A DNA stretch of 64,000 nucleotides from an uncultured Trueperaceae bacterium (lineage in GTDB: Bacteria > Deinococcota > Deinococci > Deinococcales > Trueperaceae). Position 1 is the stretch's first letter; each line of letters opens with the position of its first letter. The notes under the pieces are model-generated. The model did not search any database. It was not told the DNA's origin and saw only the letters and a program-made list of their open reading frames with translations. The stretch spans positions 160,001-224,000 of the forward strand of contig CAWCXJ010000013.1 of assembly GCA_963799485.1 (NCBI GenBank), written 5' to 3'. Both the position numbers and the translations under genes were made by a program. Shown one piece after another: positions 20,343-30,373 of this stretch.

Positions 20343-21635
20343 CTACTGGCTGCTACGCGCCAGGATGGGGTCGGCTTCGCTGCGCAGAACCTGCGCGCCC
20401 TGCTCGGGTGTCATCTGACCGAACAACACCGGATCGACGAAAAGCGGGATGTAGACGTTGTTGAGTACGTCCGACCAGCCGGGGGGGTCGGGGGGCGGTA
20501 CCGGGCTCGAGTCCTCGGTCAGAGTAGCGATGTAGTCAAAGGTGAGCGCCGAGGCCGCGTCGAGCTTGGGTTGCAGGTACTCGGCGACCGCAGTCGAGAT
20601 GGGCACGCCGCGTTCGGCAAAGAGCACGTCGTTGGCCGCTTTGTTGTTCAAAAAGTAGTCGATGAACACAGCGGCTTCTTCGGGGTTTTCGCACTGCGAG
20701 GTAAGCGAAAAGAACATGCTCGGTTTGAGGTAGTTTTCTGACTGACCCCCCTCGGGGCGTGGCAGGGTGAGGAGCGCCAGGTTGCGGTCCTCACCGGCAG
20801 CCGTTTGCAGCGCGACCACCTGGTTGCTCCAGGCGTAGTTCATCGCGGCTTGACCGGTAACGAGCGGTGACTGCTCGAGGTTTACGTCGCGCAGTTCGAC
20901 GGCCTGCTGCGCGTTGGGAATCACGCCCGCGTCTTGGAGGCGCAAGATCATGCTGAAGTAGTCGATGACCGGCTGGTCGTTTTCGTAGCCCAAGGCGGTA
21001 CCCGCGTCGTTAAAGGCCCACTCGCCCTCGCCGATAAGAAGCGACTTCCAGAGCGCCTGATCGGTCAGCCCTGCGTCGATGGCCCAGATGCCCAGGTTTT
21101 CGTGCAAGGCCGCAGCGAAGGTTTCAAAGTCCGCCCAGGTCCAGTCCGGCGCGGGCAGCTCGAGCCCCGCCTGCTCGACTAAATCTACGTCGACGATAAA
21201 GGTTTGCGAGTTGGTACCCAGCGAAATCCCGTAGACGCTGCCGTCTAAACGCCCGCCCCCGAGAAGCACGTCGGGAATGCTGCTCGTGTCGATGGTACCC
21301 GACGCGATGTAAGGATCGAGCGGCGCGAGCAGGCCGCGCGTCTGCCACTCGCCCAAGTAGGCGTAATCTTGCTGCATGACGCAGGCGACCTGACCGCCCG
21401 CCGCCTGCGTGCTGACCCGCGTCCAGTAGTCGGGCCAACCCGAAAACTCGTACTCGACGTTGATATCCGGGTTTTCGGCCTCGAACATATTGATCACCTC
21501 GACCGTGCGGTCGTGGCGATCTTGCGACCCCCACCAGGTGACGCTAATGGTAACCGGGTCTTGCTGGGCCGACGCAACTCCCAGCAACATAGTAAGCCCG
21601 AGCGTAGACGTTCCTAAACGCTTCCACCGCTTCAT
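20343..21635 (-). CDS. Carbohydrate ABC substrate-binding protein (YesO-like, uronate oligomers)
   Basis: Signal peptide, TWWGSQDRH, YW.R..TQAAGG, YLKPSMFFS, ERGVP. Confidence 0.9.
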   Translation of the reverse strand: MKRWKRLGTSTLGLTMLLGVASAQQDPVTISVTWWGSQDRHDRTVEVINMFEAENPDINVEYEFSGWPDYWTRVSTQAAGGQVACVMQQDYAYLGEWQTRGLLAPLDPYIASGTIDTSSIPDVLLGGGRLDGSVYGISLGTNSQTFIVDVDLVEQAGLELPAPDWTWADFETFAAALHENLGIWAIDAGLTDQALWKSLLIGEGEWAFNDAGTALGYENDQPVIDYFSMILRLQDAGVIPNAQQAVELRDVNLEQSPLVTGQAAMNYAWSNQVVALQTAAGEDRNLALLTLPRPEGGQSENYLKPSMFFSLTSQCENPEEAAVFIDYFLNNKAANDVLFAERGVPISTAVAEYLQPKLDAASALTFDYIATLTEDSSPVPPPDPPGWSDVLNNVYIPLFVDPVLFGQMTPEQGAQVLRSEADPILARSSQ

Positions 21636-21735
21636 AACAACCTCCTTCAGGTTGGCATTGCCGGTTTTGTCTTCTCGCCGCTACAGACGCTATAGAGCGT
21701 GCTGGCGACGATTGACCTCGACTTAGTTGAGCTAA

Positions 21736-21960
21736 ACTTGACCGTTCAAGTCACAATTTATACCAGTGCTCGGGGAAAGTCAACCCTGACCCTAAAGCCC
21801 TCCCGGGTTTGAATATATAATGTTGCCGTAATTAGCTGAGGTCGGTGTCGTCGCCGCTGTCACAAACGCCGTGAAAGCGCTTTTTGCTGAAATCGGCCCA
21901 TCACCGGCGACGCCCGTAACGAGCCCAGCCGCCGCTTTTCATTGAGTTGAGCGGTCAAGT
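21736..21960. promoter_or_regulatory. Two LacI-type operators between the divergent SBP and lacI genes
   Basis: ACTTGACCGTTCAAGT (21736-21751) and AGTTGAGCGGTCAAGT (21945-21960) share a pseudo-palindrome with central CG. Confidence 0.7.
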
Positions 21961-21994
21961 TAAGGCTCTGGGATGTGGTGTTAGTATGACAATT

Positions 21995-23038
21995 ATGAAA
22001 AAACAGCCGGTCACGCTACGCGACGTCGCCAGGCTCGCCGGCGTCTCCTACCAGGCGGTTTCTTTGGTCGTCAACGACAAACCCGGTGTCTCTGAAGAGA
22101 CGCGGACACGCCTCCGCAAGCTGCTGCAAGAGCTCGACTACCACCCCAACAAAGGGGCGCAGATGCTCAGCACCAACCGCTCACGGATGCTCGAGCTGTT
22201 CTGGGTCGATGTCCACTATGCGGGCCGGCTCGCCGACACGACCAAAAACATGGCGAATACCGCCAAGGCGCACGGCTACAGCTTGCTCGTTTCCGAGACG
22301 GACGCGGCGGGGCTGGGGGCGGCTGTCCGGGGGGCACGCTCGAGACTGGTCGACGGCGTTATCTTGTACGCACCTCGTTTGCAGCTCGCAGACGAAGACC
22401 TGCTGGGGCTTTTCGACGGTTTGCCGATGGTGCGCCGCGACTTTGTACCCGGCTCGAGGCTCCCCTGGGTCGGTTTCGACCAGGTACACGCCACTCGACT
22501 GGCAGTCGAACACCTTATCGATTTAGGGCATAGGCACGTCGCCGCCATCCCGCCGGAACCCGGTATCTTAAACGGCCTCTGGCGCGCCGACACCTGCCGC
22601 GCGGTGCTGCTCGGGCGCGGCCTCACCCCCGGCCCGGTCGCCTACGGGGACTACAGCATCGGCAGCGGCTACCGGGCGGCGCAGGGCTTGCTCGACAGTG
22701 GCGAAGTTTTTACGGCGGTAGTCGTCGGTACGGACAACATGGCGCTCGGGGCCGTTCGCGCCTTTCGGGAACGCGGCCTCAGTGTGCCCGCCGACGTGTC
22801 CATCGTGAGCTTCGACAACACCGAATTTGCCGCCTATCTGGAGCCGCCCCTTACGACGGTGGATTTTTCGTTCGGGCAACAAGACGAGGTGGCGGTCGGC
22901 TACCTGCTCGAGCTGCTCGACGCCCCCGACATGACGGTGCATCAGCGCATCCTGACCCCTGAGCTGGTAGTGCGTGAGAGCACGCAGCCGCCGCGCGAGA
23001 CCCGTATTGCCGTAAGCGAAGGGAGCAAGGTAGCATGA
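21995..23038 (+). CDS. LacI family transcriptional regulator
   Basis: [26 protein letters not shown]; TGnTAGTAT 7 nt before ATG 21995 (leaderless-type). Confidence 0.92.
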   Translation: MKKQPVTLRDVARLAGVSYQAVSLVVNDKPGVSEETRTRLRKLLQELDYHPNKGAQMLSTNRSRMLELFWVDVHYAGRLADTTKNMANTAKAHGYSLLVSETDAAGLGAAVRGARSRLVDGVILYAPRLQLADEDLLGLFDGLPMVRRDFVPGSRLPWVGFDQVHATRLAVEHLIDLGHRHVAAIPPEPGILNGLWRADTCRAVLLGRGLTPGPVAYGDYSIGSGYRAAQGLLDSGEVFTAVVVGTDNMALGAVRAFRERGLSVPADVSIVSFDNTEFAAYLEPPLTTVDFSFGQQDEVAVGYLLELLDAPDMTVHQRILTPELVVRESTQPPRETRIAVSEGSKVA

Positions 23039-24129
23039 CTCGCGCAAACCCTTACCGCGTCGCCCTGGTGGGTACCGGACAGTCCGTCGGCAATCATCTG
23101 ACGGCGATTCGGCAGCTCGCTGGGCGCGCTGAACTCGTCGCCGCCGTCGATCTCGACGAAGCGCGCGTTCGCACGTTTGCACAAAAGCACGGTGTCCCCA
23201 ACGTCTACACCGACGCAAAGACCATGCTGGCGTGTGAAAAACCCGACCTCGTGCATATCGTGACGCCCCCGGCGACCCACACGCCGCTTACCCTGATGTG
23301 TCTGGGGGCCGGAGCCTGGGTCTACTGCGAAAAACCGCTGTGCGCGTCGCTGGCCGAATTCGACGCCATCACAAAAGCCGAAAATGAAAGTGGCTGCTAC
23401 GTCAGCACGGTCTTTCAGTGGCGTTTCGGCTCGGCGGCGAAACACCTCAAGCAGCTCAGCGACAAGGGGGCGTTGGGGCGTCCCTTTGTCGCTATTTGTA
23501 ATACCCTCTGGTACCGCAGTGCTGAGTACTACGCCGTCCCCTGGCGCGGTAAGTGGACTACGGAAATCGGCGGCCCGACCGCGACTTTAGGCATCCACCT
23601 TATGGATTTGTGCCTGTGGCTTTTGGGCGACTGGGCGGAAGTGCGCGCGATGATCGGCACGTTAGAACGCAGCATCGAGGTCGAGGACGTGTCGCTGGCG
23701 CTCGTACGCTTTGAGAACGGCGCGCTGGCGACGCTGACCAACAGCGCCCTCTCGCCACGGCAAGAATCCTATTTGCGGCTTGACTTTCAGCGCGCCACCG
23801 CCGAAGTGTCGGCGCTCTACCGCTACAGCAACGCCGACTGGCGCGTCACCCTGCCGGATGGCGTGGACGACCCCGAAGCGCTGGCGAGTTGGGCGGCGCT
23901 CACCGAGGACATTTCAGGGAGGCACGAGGTGCAACTTGCTGAAATCCTGACGAGTATGGACGCGGGCATGCGCCCGCCCGTAAGTGGAGGGGAGGCGCGG
24001 CGCATCCTCGAGTTTCTAGCCTCTCTCTACAAGTCCGCCCTGACGGGCGAAAACGTCCGGCGCGGCAGCATCGGCCCCGGCGACCCCTTTTACAGCGCCA
24101 TGAACGGTAACGCCACCCCGTCTGTTTGA
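23035..24129 (+). CDS. Gfo/Idh/MocA family oxidoreductase
   Basis: [28 protein letters not shown]. Confidence 0.92.
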   Translation: MTRANPYRVALVGTGQSVGNHLTAIRQLAGRAELVAAVDLDEARVRTFAQKHGVPNVYTDAKTMLACEKPDLVHIVTPPATHTPLTLMCLGAGAWVYCEKPLCASLAEFDAITKAENESGCYVSTVFQWRFGSAAKHLKQLSDKGALGRPFVAICNTLWYRSAEYYAVPWRGKWTTEIGGPTATLGIHLMDLCLWLLGDWAEVRAMIGTLERSIEVEDVSLALVRFENGALATLTNSALSPRQESYLRLDFQRATAEVSALYRYSNADWRVTLPDGVDDPEALASWAALTEDISGRHEVQLAEILTSMDAGMRPPVSGGEARRILEFLASLYKSALTGENVRRGSIGPGDPFYSAMNGNATPSV

Positions 24130-24141
24130 CCTGCGCGAGGT

Positions 24142-25050
24142 TTACAACCACCGTGCCAAAAACGCCAGCGCGTCGGCGCGCATCGCCGCCGTTTCATAGT
24201 GGCCCGTATCGTACTGTTTGAGTTCCCACGCCTCCGGCGCACCTGCAGCGGCGTAGACTGCTTGTAGCTCGAGGTCGATGCGCTCCAGCCCCACTGCGGG
24301 CGTCAGCGGGTCGAAACGTCCCGCCAAACTCAGGTGAGGCCGGGGTGCGATGAGCGCGTTGATTTGCGCCGTCGTAAAGTGCTTGAGCAGGCTCGGTACG
24401 TAGTAATAGATGCCGTGACCGTCTAAGCCGCGCGCCTCGAGCAGCGCCCCAAAATCCGTCAGGCAGCACAGGTCTACGCAGACCTTGACGCGCGTATCGA
24501 GCGCGGCGAGCCATCAGCTCATGGTGCTGCCCATCGACAAACCCAGCGTACCGATGCGCCCCCCGTCCACGTCGTCCCGGCTCGTCAGGTAGTCCAGCGC
24601 GCGCAGGCTGTCGAAAACCATCAGGCCCCAGAGCACCTGCCCCAGCCACAACATCGCCTTGAACAGCTCGCTGTGGGAGCGGCCCCGACGCTCCCCGAAA
24701 CCCCACATATCGAGGCAAAAGACCGCGTAGCCGCGTTCGAGCAGCGGCGTCACGTAAGGCGGCCCTTGCAGCTCGGCGCGTCCGTTGAGTAACTCATCCT
24801 TGCCCAGCTCGAAGTCGCCGCCGTGCGCGTGGATGTAGAGCACGACGGGCAGTTTGCCCGCGCCATTTTTCGGTTTTACAAAGTAAGCCGGAACCGCCTC
24901 GCTGCCGTTTAGGTCGAGCAGCAGGGTCTCGAGCAGATAGCCGCCCCGGTCTTCTTGCTTGACGAGCCGGGCGCTGACGGGACGCTCGAAGGACGGCAAA
25001 TCACCTAGCAAGCTGAGAAGGCGGCGTCGTTCTTTTACGGTGAAAGACAT
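24142..25050 (-). pseudogene. Alpha/beta hydrolase (dienelactone hydrolase/YtaP-like) with an in-frame TGA at 24514-24516
   Basis: [13 protein letters not shown], nucleophile elbow [15 protein letters not shown]. The frame continues to GRFDPL...GHYET...ARWL; the TGA sits where Trp is expected. Confidence 0.85.
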
Positions 25051-25054
25051 ATGC

Positions 25055-25310
25055 CTAAGACCTAACCAGCGGGAGCGTCTCGATATCGACCACAGGTACA
25101 GTATAGACGTTGCCGTAACCCGAACGGTCGGAGGTGAACACGACGTAACGCCTGCCCGGTGACAGGTGCGGATGCGTCTGCTGGAGGTGGCTGCTCGAGT
25201 CGTGACGGCACAGCACGTGGGGCGGCCCGTAGCGCTCGCCGTTTCACGCCCAGAGCCGAATCACGCCCCCGCCGTCGCCGACAATGAGACTTTCGTCAAG
25301 CGAAAAAACT
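25055..25310 (-). pseudogene. C-terminal remnant of an oligogalacturonate lyase-like beta-propeller
   Basis: Manual translation: [81 protein letters not shown]. Confidence 0.7.
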
Positions 25311-25534
25311 GAGACCCGGACGAAAGTCAGTCAGCAGGGTCAGAGACGGCATAAAGTGCGGGTCAAGTGTGCTAGAGAAGAGGCTGTACCAGGGGCTTTA
25401 GCGAGACGAGCAGCGTTGAACTTAGCAAGCGTTTCATGTTTCCTCCTGGTTTGACCACGAAACTGATTTGACACCCTAAAACTTAAGGGGGGCTTAAGGA
25501 CCGCTGACCCCTGCCCGCTCAGGTAGAGTAACGG

Positions 25535-26188
25535 ATGATTCAAGCCGTAATTTTCGATATGGACGGGCTTTTAATCGACTCCGAACCCGTGTGGGACAGG
25601 GCCAGGGCGGCGATGGCGGCGCGTTTGGGACAGAGCTGGGACAAACGTGACCATCAAGCCGTAATGGGCGTTTCGACCGCTGAGTGGGCAGATTATATGA
25701 AAGACAAGTGGCAGTTAGGGAAGAGCCGGGAAGAGGTCGTCGCTGAAATCGTCGGGCAGATGCGCGACTTTTACCGGGAGCGGATTCCGTTTCGGCAACA
25801 TGCGGTCGCGGCGGTGGAGCTAGCAGCAAAGCACTACCGCACGGCGCTCGCATCGGGCTCTGAAAGTAGCCTTATCGAGCTGGTAACGGCCTCACCGGAG
25901 CTTGAAGGTAAGCTCGAGGTCATCCTGAGCGCCGACAAGGTAGCACGCGGCAAACCGCACCCGGACGTGTACTTGGAGACCGCCCGGCTTCTAGGCGTCG
26001 CACCCGGGTCTTGCGTGTGTCTGGAAGATTCGCAAAATGGCGTCCTGGCGGGTCTCAATGCCGGGATGAAGGTCATTGCCATCCCCGACCCCGCGTTTCC
26101 GGTAGACGTGGCGGTCCTCTCGCGGGCGGACATGGTATTTGCCTCGCTGGACGAGTTTACGCTCGCGCGACTTGAGGGTCTGGCCTGA
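25535..26188 (+). CDS. HAD family phosphatase (sugar-phosphatase, Cof/CbbY-type HAD IA)
   Basis: FDMDGLLIDSE, GKPHPDVY, LEDSQNG. Confidence 0.92.
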   Translation: MIQAVIFDMDGLLIDSEPVWDRARAAMAARLGQSWDKRDHQAVMGVSTAEWADYMKDKWQLGKSREEVVAEIVGQMRDFYRERIPFRQHAVAAVELAAKHYRTALASGSESSLIELVTASPELEGKLEVILSADKVARGKPHPDVYLETARLLGVAPGSCVCLEDSQNGVLAGLNAGMKVIAIPDPAFPVDVAVLSRADMVFASLDEFTLARLEGLA

Positions 26189-26215
26189 CCCGGAGATTTC
26201 GCAGGGGCTCGAGCT

Positions 26216-26247
26216 AAAAAAGTACGCCCCAAACTTTCAGGGCGTAC
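26216..26247 (-). terminator. Rho-independent terminator of the STAND-subtilase unit
   Basis: Minus strand GTACGCCC-loop-GGGCGTAC-TTTTTT. Confidence 0.7.
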
Positions 26248-26262
26248 CGGAGCGCTTTGACC

Positions 26263-27756
26263 TCAGCGGCAATATGTGCTTAGCGTATTCTCTAACGTGA
26301 TGTTCAGGCCGGAGGCAGGCAGCGCCGTCGGCGTCGGGTCGGTCTTAAAAAACGCCATCGGTGAGGTGACGCTCGGTGGGACGCGGGCGCAGCGCGGAGC
26401 CGGTAGGGTAAAGTCGAGCGCCGTAAACACGCTTAGCACAGGAGCCGCGAACGAGGTTCCGGCAATGCTGATTTGCGGATAGACACGCCAGCCGTCTATG
26501 CGTGGGTCGTAAGCCGTAAGTCTGAAGTAGCCACCGGGCAAGATGATTTCTCCTGTGTTCGAGTATTCGTCAGGAACGGCAGATGCAGAAGCTAGATTGT
26601 GTGCGCTGACGCTGACGAACTCCGACCAATAGCCCGGATAGAGTGAATACGGCAGCGCGTAGTTCCCCGAAGCTGCCAGATAGGTGATGTCGGCATCCCC
26701 AGAGTCGGTCGTACCTTTTAGCAACGGGTCGGTTTCTTCGTTTATGGGCGTTGTTAAGATGCTGGTCAACTGCTCTCTAAACTCAGCCGGGTCGAGACCA
26801 CTCTTGTCTCTGTTCTCCTCAAATATCGCATCTCGGTATTCCTCAAAAGTCAGGTCCAACTGATTTTCGTCTTTGTCACCTGATGCAGCCCTAAAGTCGG
26901 TACGCACGCTGCACGGCACGAGCCCAAAACTCAGGTTTACGGCAAAGCGCTTGACATCTTGTTCCACCAGTTTTCGGATAGTCGCCTGAAGCCGTTCACC
27001 AATAATGCCGGTGTTAAAGTTCTGTGTATCGAGCGCAACAACGACCACATTCAGCTTTGTAAAGTCAGCAATAGGGACACGGATAATCTCTTCGCTGTCA
27101 GAAACAGAGACCTCGAGGCTCCCGAATTTAGGGTGGGCATCTTCAGCAGCTAGAAGCGCGAGCGTGTGGTTAAAAACGAGTGCGCCGTGTGAGTATTGAC
27201 CTGTAGCCTCGAGCCCCTCCGCCTCCGCTTCGGTTGCGCCGCTCATGAGGCCAGCTAAGGTCGGACCGCGTTGCTGGTCGAGAAAGTACACACCCGGTTT
27301 GCCGAGTCGGGTATCTCCGCCAAAGTTGTCAAAGACGATAATCGCAGCACGTTCGTCGAAGCCGGGCTTGGCTGCGGCGAACATTTGTGTCCCGATTGCG
27401 AAAGGGTTGCCACGTAGGATTGATACCCCGGTTTTATCTACGGGGTTAGGAAATACCGCTAAACCACCGATAGAGCCTGCGGCGTGAGCGCCTTGCCCTA
27501 CAATTTCCTTTCCATTGACCGGACAGTTGCCCTCCTTTGCTCTGATAAGCCCTTCGCCGCTAATCGGAGAGGTCAATATGTCAGGGTTGAACTCTATAGC
27601 TGGACGGATACCTTGAGTTGGTATCTCCTGCTGCGGCTTAGCTTCAGTACTTTCTGCTAAACGGGTTTCCTGAGCTGGCGTTCGCGGTTGAGAACCTGGA
27701 ATACAGCCGACAAGGGTTGCGAGTAAAATGACTTCTAGCCATACAGTTCGTTTCAT
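26263..27756 (-). CDS. Divergent S8 subtilisin-like serine protease, predicted lipoprotein
   Basis: Lipobox LVGC; candidate triad IIVFDNF / SHGALV / AGTSFAAP; VNLSFG and AASGN oxyanion motif; ATG 27756 after GGGAGG. Confidence 0.78.
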   Translation of the reverse strand: MKRTVWLEVILLATLVGCIPGSQPRTPAQETRLAESTEAKPQQEIPTQGIRPAIEFNPDILTSPISGEGLIRAKEGNCPVNGKEIVGQGAHAAGSIGGLAVFPNPVDKTGVSILRGNPFAIGTQMFAAAKPGFDERAAIIVFDNFGGDTRLGKPGVYFLDQQRGPTLAGLMSGATEAEAEGLEATGQYSHGALVFNHTLALLAAEDAHPKFGSLEVSVSDSEEIIRVPIADFTKLNVVVVALDTQNFNTGIIGERLQATIRKLVEQDVKRFAVNLSFGLVPCSVRTDFRAASGDKDENQLDLTFEEYRDAIFEENRDKSGLDPAEFREQLTSILTTPINEETDPLLKGTTDSGDADITYLAASGNYALPYSLYPGYWSEFVSVSAHNLASASAVPDEYSNTGEIILPGGYFRLTAYDPRIDGWRVYPQISIAGTSFAAPVLSVFTALDFTLPAPRCARVPPSVTSPMAFFKTDPTPTALPASGLNITLENTLSTYCR

Positions 27757-27793
27757 CTTTCCTCCCACTCAACGCTAATAACCTACCGTCAAC

Positions 27794-30373
27794 TCAGTGT
27801 GAACTTTTTTCGCCGTTAAGTTCAAACAAAATTTGCTGCACTGCATCTACTCTTGCTTGAGCGTTGTTTTCTTCGTAAAGTTCTAGTGCTTCGCGCAAAT
27901 AACCCTCTGCCTCTTGCTGTTTCCTCGCATCTGCGTACATCTCTCCTAGTTCGTGCAAAGCATAGGCGCGCCAAAGCTGGTTGTCCCTAGAGGTCGCAAT
28001 CTCGAGGGCTTGCAATCTCAAAGCGACAGCTTCTTGAAAATGTCCTAGTTTTCGCTTGGCCTCGCCTAAGTTCAATAACGCATGAAATGATATATTATCT
28101 GCTCCTGTTTGGTCAGTTTCGAGCATCTGTCTGAGTTTAATTGCTAGTTCGACAGTTTCTTGACTAAACCGCTCCATTGCTCTCCAATTTTTTCCTGACC
28201 AAGCGACGTAACTGCGATGTTGCAAAATAAATCCCAACATAAGGTCATCGTCTGCCTGTCTAGCGATTTGATAGGCACGCTCAAAATCCCGTTCGGATGA
28301 TTGTCCAAGATGGTGGCGTGTAATTGCACAGAGACTCGTCAGCGTAGCCTCTCTTGATGGATTACGAATAAGTCTTGCCAAACGCGCACCTTCCTGATAA
28401 GCAGCTAAGGCTTTGTCGTATTGGTGATACAGAACACGGTGGGCATCTCCCAACCTTCCTGCAAGGTAGTGCGCCCGCTCGAGCATCCCCAACTCTTTGG
28501 CCCAAGCAAGGGCCACTTCTAACAACTTCAGCGAACGCGGCGAATGTCCCCTTGCCGAAAAGTAGGCGTCACCAATGACCAGCTGTGCCATCACCTCGAC
28601 CAAAACTTTACGCTGACCCTGGTCACGGGCGGTCTCTAACGCGCCCACAAGGTTGGGCATCTCTGCGCCCAACAGCTCGAAGGTGTGGACGTTCTCCGAG
28701 ACGAATGTCCGGCACGCCCGCAAGACGCTTCCGGCGCGGAGGGTGCTGTTATGACGCGCGAAGCTGTAAGCGAGGTCGTGCAGCAGGTAGCGCACCACGT
28801 CGCTGCCGGGACTCGTGCGGCGTTCGGCGAGGGCTTGGGTCTGGAGTTCGTTCAGGGCGGTTTCGGTCTCGCCTGTGTCCCGGCGGAGGCAGAGGGCGAG
28901 AAACTCGGGCGTGACGGCGCTCGAGCCCAATGCCCCGACCGCTAAAAAGGCGTCGTAAGCAGCGTCTGAGAGGGTCTCCAAGCTGGCGGCTAACAGGGCG
29001 CTGATACTCTCGCGCTCTTCGTCGCGCCAGCTTTTGGGGGCCGCGAGGGTGTGAGGCGCACCGGCAAGTCGCGCCAGCACGTTTTGCGGCGTTGCCCCGC
29101 CCCGGAGCTGGGTTCCGGCAAGCCTCAGCGCGAACGGGTGGTCGCTCAGGACGTGGCAGAGTTCGTCGGCGCTCGCTTCGGGTAGTGTGGTTTCAGCGGT
29201 GGCGTCCAGAAGTTTGCGGGCATCATCACGTGCCAAGCCGCCGAGTTCGGCGCGGGTGAACCCGGAGAGGCGTTGTCTCGAGGTTGCCAGAACCGGCAAC
29301 CCTCCAGGGAGTGCGGTGCAGAGTGCGCCGACTGCCTGCTTGTTCCATACGTCATCGATGACAAGAAGAGCCGTGCGGCCTAGAGCCGTCGTCAATTCTT
29401 TCGGGCCGCTTCCGGAAACGCCCAAAGCTTGCCGCGCCGCGTCCAACAGTTCAGCCTCGCTGCTCCGGCCCGCGTGGAGCCACAGCACGTCACCGGTATC
29501 TAAAGTGCGTGCGGCAAATTCAGCCGCCAGCGCGGTTTTGCCGACGCCGCCAAACCCGTGCAATACGGTAGGTTTCTGCTTGACCTCAGCCTCGAGCTTT
29601 TCCAACGCTGCCCCCCGACCGATAAGCTCCGCCGCGCGGCCCGGTACGGTGTCGCCGGGATGAAACAGGGTACCCTGTGCGGTTGCGCCTTCTGCGCCGA
29701 CGAGTTCCGCACGGAGTTTGCGGGTTTCGGCTGAGGGTTCGCCGCCGAGTTCGGTGAGAGCGGCAGTAAGCCGCTCAAATGCCCCGCGCACACCCTCGGC
29801 GTCGCCGCTTTCGTGTTCCAGACGCATCAAAAGCCGGTAGACGGGTTCATAGCTGGGCTCGAGGCCAATCAGTCTACGCGTCGTTTGTTTTGCTTTTGAA
29901 AGCTGACCTTCATCGCGAAAATGTTGGGCCACACCCCAGAGTGCCCGACTGACTAGCTCGGCGGTCTCTTGCCGCGCCTCCCCCAACCACTCGTCAAAGG
30001 CGAGCGTTGGCGTTTTGAGGCTGTGAAGCAGTACCAGGTCATCGTTTTCTAAGGGTAGTACGTCCTCAAAGTCCGCTTTTTCGACGGCGTTTCGCAGCGC
30101 TTCAACGTCGTTCGTCGCTGTTAAGCTGACGGGTTCGTCATCGTGCAGCCAACTGTCAGCGCCCGGTAGCTGCCGGATTTTGTAGAGCGCAGTGCGTAAA
30201 TTCGCACTTTTGCCCGGCCCCCATAAAAGTTCGGCGAGGTCGTCGCGGGGCGTTGCACCGGCCAGGGCGAGGTAGGCGACGAGCGCGCAGTGGCGTGGTT
30301 GCAACGTCAAAGGCTGCCCCCGCCAATGGACTTTAGGGACGCCTAAAAGGGTCAGCTCGAGCTTGCCTTGCAC
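27794..30373 (-). CDS. SARP/BTAD - NB-ARC (STAND NTPase) - TPR transcriptional regulator
   Basis: N-terminal LTLLG.P..ALVAYLAL...RDDLAELLW..NLRTALY, BTAD helices, Walker A GFGGVGKT, Walker B LLVIDDVW, ATSR, LHDL, C-terminal TPRs. Confidence 0.88.
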   Translation of the reverse strand: MQGKLELTLLGVPKVHWRGQPLTLQPRHCALVAYLALAGATPRDDLAELLWGPGKSANLRTALYKIRQLPGADSWLHDDEPVSLTATNDVEALRNAVEKADFEDVLPLENDDLVLLHSLKTPTLAFDEWLGEARQETAELVSRALWGVAQHFRDEGQLSKAKQTTRRLIGLEPSYEPVYRLLMRLEHESGDAEGVRGAFERLTAALTELGGEPSAETRKLRAELVGAEGATAQGTLFHPGDTVPGRAAELIGRGAALEKLEAEVKQKPTVLHGFGGVGKTALAAEFAARTLDTGDVLWLHAGRSSEAELLDAARQALGVSGSGPKELTTALGRTALLVIDDVWNKQAVGALCTALPGGLPVLATSRQRLSGFTRAELGGLARDDARKLLDATAETTLPEASADELCHVLSDHPFALRLAGTQLRGGATPQNVLARLAGAPHTLAAPKSWRDEERESISALLAASLETLSDAAYDAFLAVGALGSSAVTPEFLALCLRRDTGETETALNELQTQALAERRTSPGSDVVRYLLHDLAYSFARHNSTLRAGSVLRACRTFVSENVHTFELLGAEMPNLVGALETARDQGQRKVLVEVMAQLVIGDAYFSARGHSPRSLKLLEVALAWAKELGMLERAHYLAGRLGDAHRVLYHQYDKALAAYQEGARLARLIRNPSREATLTSLCAITRHHLGQSSERDFERAYQIARQADDDLMLGFILQHRSYVAWSGKNWRAMERFSQETVELAIKLRQMLETDQTGADNISFHALLNLGEAKRKLGHFQEAVALRLQALEIATSRDNQLWRAYALHELGEMYADARKQQEAEGYLREALELYEENNAQARVDAVQQILFELNGEKSSH

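Noticed and set aside
24514..24516. Stop-codon reassignment or selenocysteine to explain the in-frame TGA/TAG codons
   Set aside because: Many intact genes here end in TGA or TAG. The TGAs sit at Trp-like positions one transition from TGG and cluster with deletions and a frameshift, so decay or sequencing error is simpler
24194..24718. 174-aa ORF as a separate gene or frameshift partner of the hydrolase
   Set aside because: The hydrolase continues in its own frame after the TGA; this frame is Arg/Gly-rich with no motif
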